In this document: positions 60,081 through 64,000 of the stretch, in pieces
Layout of the letters: each line of letters opens with the position of its first letter
Position numbering within the stretch: position 1 is the stretch's first letter
Made by a program: the position numbers and the translations under genes
The notes under the pieces: model-generated
Databases searched by the model: none
What the model was told of the DNA's origin: nothing
What the model saw: the letters and a program-made list of their open reading frames with translations, nothing else
Assembly: GCA_036011085.1 (NCBI GenBank)
Contig: DASCMS010000052.1
Coordinates: 20,166-84,165, forward strand
DNA: 64,000 bases
Origin: Candidatus Latescibacterota bacterium
Lineage (GTDB): Bacteria > Latescibacterota > UBA2968 > UBA8231
Direction: 5' to 3'

Positions 60081-63000
60081 TTCTTCCCTCCCTCGGCAAG
60101 AACCGCCTGAATCAACCGCGCGCGTTCGGCCTCGACCTGCGTCCGTCGGGCCATGTCATCCTCAAGGTCGAAGTAGCGCCGGCCGTCGATCCAGGTCTGC
60201 TCGCAGCGTGTGAAGCTGGACATGGGGGAGTGGCTCCAGATGACGAAGTCGGCGTCCTTGCCCGGCTCCAGGGAACCGACCAGATGATCAGCGCCCAGCT
60301 GTCGTGCCGGTTCGATGGTGACCATGTGCAGGGCTTGTTCCGGCGGCACGCCGCCGTATTTCACCGCCTTGGTGGCGTCCACGTGGATGCGGCCGCCATA
60401 GTTCGACAGGTCCGAATTGAGGGACACGCCGACGCCGACGAAATGCATGAGAGCGGCGTTGTGGGGAATGGCGTCGATGACCTCGAACTTGTAGCCCCAC
60501 CAGTCCGAAAAAGTCGAAGCGTGAGCGCCATGCTCGGCGATCAGCTCGGCGACCTTGTAGCCTTCGAGGACGTGCTGGAAGGTGCCGACGGTGAAGTCGA
60601 AGTCATCGGCGATGCGGATGAGGGCGAGAATTTCGTCCTGGCGGTAGGAGTGGCAGTGCACGAGTCGGTCTCCCGCCAGAACTTCGACGAGGGCATCCAG
60701 TTCGAGATCACGACGCACGGACTTGTCCCGCCGCCGATGCTCGCCGTATTCGCGCGCTGCGGCGAGGCGGTCGCGGATCAGCGCTTCCACACCCAGCCGC
60801 GTCTGCGGGTAACGTGTGGTGAAGTGTGGGCCGCGGTTGCTGTGCTTCACGTTTTCGCCGAGAGCGAACTTGATCGTCGGCGCCGCACCTGCCAGCAACA
60901 GGCCTTCGGCGTCGGCCCCCCAACGCAGCTTGATCGTCGCGTTCTGCCCGCCGATGGGGTTGGAGGAGCCGTGCATGACGTGGACTGTCGTCGTGCCCTG
61001 GGCCATGTGGCGGTAGATCCGGTTGTCGTAGGCATTGAGGACGTCGCGCACGCGGACCTCGGCGCTCACCGCCTGGGCCCATTCGTTGAGACCACCCATG
61101 GCACCGACGTGGACATGGGCGTCGACGAGACCCGGGGTCACGTGCTTGCCGGCGGCGTCGATCACCATGGCACCTGAGGGAGCCTGAAGATTTGGTCCTA
61201 CCTCGGCGATTCGGTCTTCGCGGATCAGCAGGTCGGCCTTTTCGAGGATGCCCGCCGGCCCGGATGTCCAGACTGTGGCGCCACGTACGAGGACGTCCTT
61301 CGGCCGGTCCGGCAGGCCGTAGACACCGTAGCCAACGGGGGGAAAGGGCGGCAACTGCAGACTCCGGGTCAGCTCGGATTCGGGCGCCGTCGTCGTTGAG
61401 TCGGTACCGGCGTTGCCGCCGGTATCAGGGGCGGCTGGCTGGCGGGTGGCTCGCCAGGTGAAGCGGGCTCCCGCAGGCGTCTCGCCCTCGCCGGAGAGCA
61501 GGCTGTCTCCGGTCCGGCCGGACAAGCGCACGACTCCGTCCAGCCCGAGAGAGTCGCTCTCGAAGGCCAGGGTCAGTCGCCGGCCCTCGAGACGGAGGGT
61601 GCTGACGGTGATTTCGATACTGTCACGGAGTACCGTGCCCTTCCAGTTGCTCGCAGGCGCCGACGCACCGGCGATCTTCAACTCGACGGCCACCGGTGTC
61701 GACGGCAGCTGCAGATCCAGGGCCCAGTTGCCGCGCAGGTCGTGGTCCGGCGAGAGCTCCTCCATGTGATGGTATTCACCATCGATCCAGAGACCGAGGA
61801 TCCGCGTCTCTTCGTCAAACAGATCGCCGTCGGTGATGACGAGGTGGGCGAGGCGGCCTTTGGCCACCGTTCCCAGGTCATCGGCGACATCGAGAATCCT
61901 CGCAGGAACCGTGGTCAGCGCCGCGAGGGCGTCGTCAGCGGTCAGCCCCTGGTCGATGGCACGACGTACGCGCTCAGGGAACTCCGCCTTCTTCTTCAGG
62001 CCGTCGCTGGTGAGGGCCACGTCGATGCCGGCATGCCGCGCCCGTGACGCATTGGCGGGTGCTGCCTCCCAGTGCCAGAGCGATGTCAGGCTCACGGCGA
62101 CTGCGTCCTCCGGATCGGCCACGTCCGGCACGCCAGGGAAGTCGACGGGCAGGATGAGGGGCACACCCATGGCTCTGGCCCGCTGCAGCTGCCGATACTC
62201 GGCCCCGCCACCCCGTATCGCCACGCGCAGGTCGAAGTCGTCCGTGAGCTCGGTGGCAACGCGCAGCAGGCGGTCGTCGCCGACCTCCAGGATGATGAGA
62301 TCGCGTCGATCCCGGCCACCGGAGACGGCGCCGCTCAGCGCTGCGAGTGCCACGATGGTCTCCGGTGGCGCCTGATCCGCCGGTGGGTTCGCCTGCACGC
62401 GGGCGTACCAGTCCGCATCCATCAATGTCTGTCGCGTGAGGGCGATGGAACCCATCAATGACGCGGGGTAGCGCACGTTCTCCCAGGTGTCCCGGGGCGA
62501 GCCCAGGTTCTTCAGCGCGATGTGGTGGGCCACGTCTTCGCGGATCAGCGTCGAGGGAGTGTCGCCGTCGGCGGTGCTCACCAGGGCGCTGCGTCCATGG
62601 ATGAGACCTGCCGACGGCACGATGAGAGCGGCGGTGAAGCCGAGGCTGCGCAGTTCCTTCAGTGCATGTGAGTCCGGCTGGTACACTTCAGCGGCACGCA
62701 GTTCAGCCAGGACACGCTCGTTCCAATGTGAGTCCGCACGCTGCCGCAGGGCCTCGTCGTCAGGCAGGCCGACGTGGGCGTAGGACTCGATCAGGCCGGC
62801 ATAGACAGTGCGACCGGCGCCATCCCAGATGCGAGCGTCGGCAGGCGGCTGGACCTTTGCCGACGGACCGACGGCCTCGATGCGGCCATCGCGCAGGACG
62901 ATGGTGCCGCTGTCGATCACGGTACCGGGTCGCGGCACGACGCGAGCGCCGACTATGGCGTGTACCCGGGGATTGGCGTCGCGGATACCAACCGTTGGCG

Positions 63001-63091
63001 AGACGCCGGTCCTGGGTGTGGCATCGGCGGGTCCGGCGAGCGCGCAGAGAACGGCTGCCGCCAGAACTGCAAGAGCTCTCAGACAGATCAT
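60077..63091 (-). CDS. Large secreted two-module amidohydrolase-family protein
   Basis: Start re-picked to MICLRALAVLAAAVLCALAGPADA, with an ATGA overlap to the upstream sulfatase. The N-module has VYAGLIESYAHVG (degenerate) and the C-module has VTPGLVDAHVHVG (canonical HxH). Confidence 0.8.
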   Translation of the reverse strand: MICLRALAVLAAAVLCALAGPADATPRTGVSPTVGIRDANPRVHAIVGARVVPRPGTVIDSGTIVLRDGRIEAVGPSAKVQPPADARIWDGAGRTVYAGLIESYAHVGLPDDEALRQRADSHWNERVLAELRAAEVYQPDSHALKELRSLGFTAALIVPSAGLIHGRSALVSTADGDTPSTLIREDVAHHIALKNLGSPRDTWENVRYPASLMGSIALTRQTLMDADWYARVQANPPADQAPPETIVALAALSGAVSGGRDRRDLIILEVGDDRLLRVATELTDDFDLRVAIRGGGAEYRQLQRARAMGVPLILPVDFPGVPDVADPEDAVAVSLTSLWHWEAAPANASRARHAGIDVALTSDGLKKKAEFPERVRRAIDQGLTADDALAALTTVPARILDVADDLGTVAKGRLAHLVITDGDLFDEETRILGLWIDGEYHHMEELSPDHDLRGNWALDLQLPSTPVAVELKIAGASAPASNWKGTVLRDSIEITVSTLRLEGRRLTLAFESDSLGLDGVVRLSGRTGDSLLSGEGETPAGARFTWRATRQPAAPDTGGNAGTDSTTTAPESELTRSLQLPPFPPVGYGVYGLPDRPKDVLVRGATVWTSGPAGILEKADLLIREDRIAEVGPNLQAPSGAMVIDAAGKHVTPGLVDAHVHVGAMGGLNEWAQAVSAEVRVRDVLNAYDNRIYRHMAQGTTTVHVMHGSSNPIGGQNATIKLRWGADAEGLLLAGAAPTIKFALGENVKHSNRGPHFTTRYPQTRLGVEALIRDRLAAAREYGEHRRRDKSVRRDLELDALVEVLAGDRLVHCHSYRQDEILALIRIADDFDFTVGTFQHVLEGYKVAELIAEHGAHASTFSDWWGYKFEVIDAIPHNAALMHFVGVGVSLNSDLSNYGGRIHVDATKAVKYGGVPPEQALHMVTIEPARQLGADHLVGSLEPGKDADFVIWSHSPMSSFTRCEQTWIDGRRYFDLEDDMARRTQVEAERARLIQAVLAEGGKK

Positions 63092-64000
63092 CCCAGGTGC
63101 AGCTCGTCGGCAGACCCGAAGCGCCAGACGGGGACCGGTCCCGGGATCAGTTTCTCGCCGTCTGACAGGCCCTCCTCCCGGTTCTGCAACTCCACCACCA
63201 TGCGAGCGCGCCAGCGCTCCAGCTCGGGGATTCGGGTTGCGGCCAGGTCCCGGCACTCGTGCGGATCCTCTGCCAGGTGGAACAGCTGCTCCTGGCCCGT
63301 GATCGGGTTCCAGATGTACTTCCAGTGGCCGTCCGTCAGGTACTGGTTGGCGTTCTCGGCGTCATAGCAGGGCGAGTGCTCGCCGTGGTAGAAATCACGC
63401 CAGCCGTCGGTGTCGCCCCGCAGCAGGGGCAGGACACTGCGGCCCTCGACGGTGGCGGGGATCTCCACCCCGGCGGTGTCGAGGAAGGTGGGCATGATGT
63501 CCTCCCAGCCGACGGCGACAGGGGCGCCGATCTCGACGTTGCGCGGTCCCTCGAAGGCGGCTGGCGGACGCACGATGAACGGGACTCGGGCGGAGGCCTC
63601 GTAGGCGTAGGTCTTGCGCCACAGGTGATGGTCGCCGAGCATCTCGCCGTGATCGGAGGTGAACAGGGTCAGCGTGTCGCGCAGATCGCCGGACCGGTTC
63701 ATGGTCTCCACGAGGCGGCCGATCTGAGCGTCGAGGTAGGCCAGGTAGGCGAAGTAGGCGGCCCGCGCCCGCTGCATGACATGGTCGGGGACACGACCAC
63801 GCCACTGGTTGATGTCCATCGGGACCGTCGCTTCCTCCGCGTGGCGTGCGGCCCAGTCGCCGATGGCGGGCCCCGGCAGGTCGCGATCGATGAACTGATC
63901 GTAGTAGACCTGCGGCGGGCACCAGGGCGGGTGGGGCCCGTTGAAGGAGAGGCACAGCAGGTAGGGCCGGGTGGGGTCGCGATGGCGGAGAAAGTCCAGG
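63088..64000 (-). CDS. Sulfatase, 5' end beyond the window edge
   Basis: Track ORF 63088..63819. The frame stays open upstream to position 64000 (my translation ...PYLLCLSFNGPHPPWCPP...). TSDHGEMLGDHH is the sulfatase C-terminal motif. Confidence 0.8.
   Translation of the reverse strand, partial: LDFLRHRDPTRPYLLCLSFNGPHPPWCPPQVYYDQFIDRDLPGPAIGDWAARHAEEATVPMDINQWRGRVPDHVMQRARAAYFAYLAYLDAQIGRLVETMNRSGDLRDTLTLFTSDHGEMLGDHHLWRKTYAYEASARVPFIVRPPAAFEGPRNVEIGAPVAVGWEDIMPTFLDTAGVEIPATVEGRSVLPLLRGDTDGWRDFYHGEHSPCYDAENANQYLTDGHWKYIWNPITGQEQLFHLAEDPHECRDLAATRIPELERWRARMVVELQNREEGLSDGEKLIPGPVPVWRFGSADELHLG

Overview
Visibly GC-rich, densely coding bacterial chromosomal segment. I call about 50 protein genes (two cut by the window edges), no rRNA, tRNA or CRISPR, and no transposase, integrase or phage-like genes. 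Many track ORFs are GC-driven antisense shadows or carry false N-terminal extensions, so I re-picked starts from conserved N-termini and ATGA-type start/stop overlaps.

Content is mostly catabolic:
- A GntR-controlled FAD-oxidoreductase / crotonase / CoA-transferase operon.
- Several Gfo/Idh/MocA, SDR, aldo-keto reductase and uronate-dehydrogenase-like (Udh-like; epimerase family) genes.
- uxuA, an RraA-type aldolase, an enolase-superfamily enzyme and a GH2 hydrolase.
- Three sulfatases and three amidohydrolases.
- A housekeeping thrS / M50B-like / proS block.

Observations most worth follow-up:
1. A translationally coupled operon (12873-23802). Two epimerase-like proteins precede two paralogous polytopic membrane proteins that flank a 1558-aa PA/M28-like ectodomain-FtsX permease fusion. 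No ABC ATPase is encoded nearby. I could not match this arrangement to a characterised system, so it is my best candidate for an undescribed envelope or transport machine.
2. A near-consensus promoter, a Thr-rich 44-codon leader ORF and a strong intrinsic terminator sit immediately upstream of thrS. This looks like an attenuator.
3. A hybrid histidine kinase / response regulator is interrupted by two in-frame stops at conserved positions.
4. Two perfect 16-bp palindromes overlap promoter-like elements.
5. An unlisted 43-aa membrane ORF is paired with a small hydrophilic protein.
6. Several large duplicated or fused proteins: a tandem Udh-like fusion, a 1124-aa CPBP protease and a two-module amidohydrolase.

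All family assignments come from motif recognition by eye and need HMM or BLAST confirmation.
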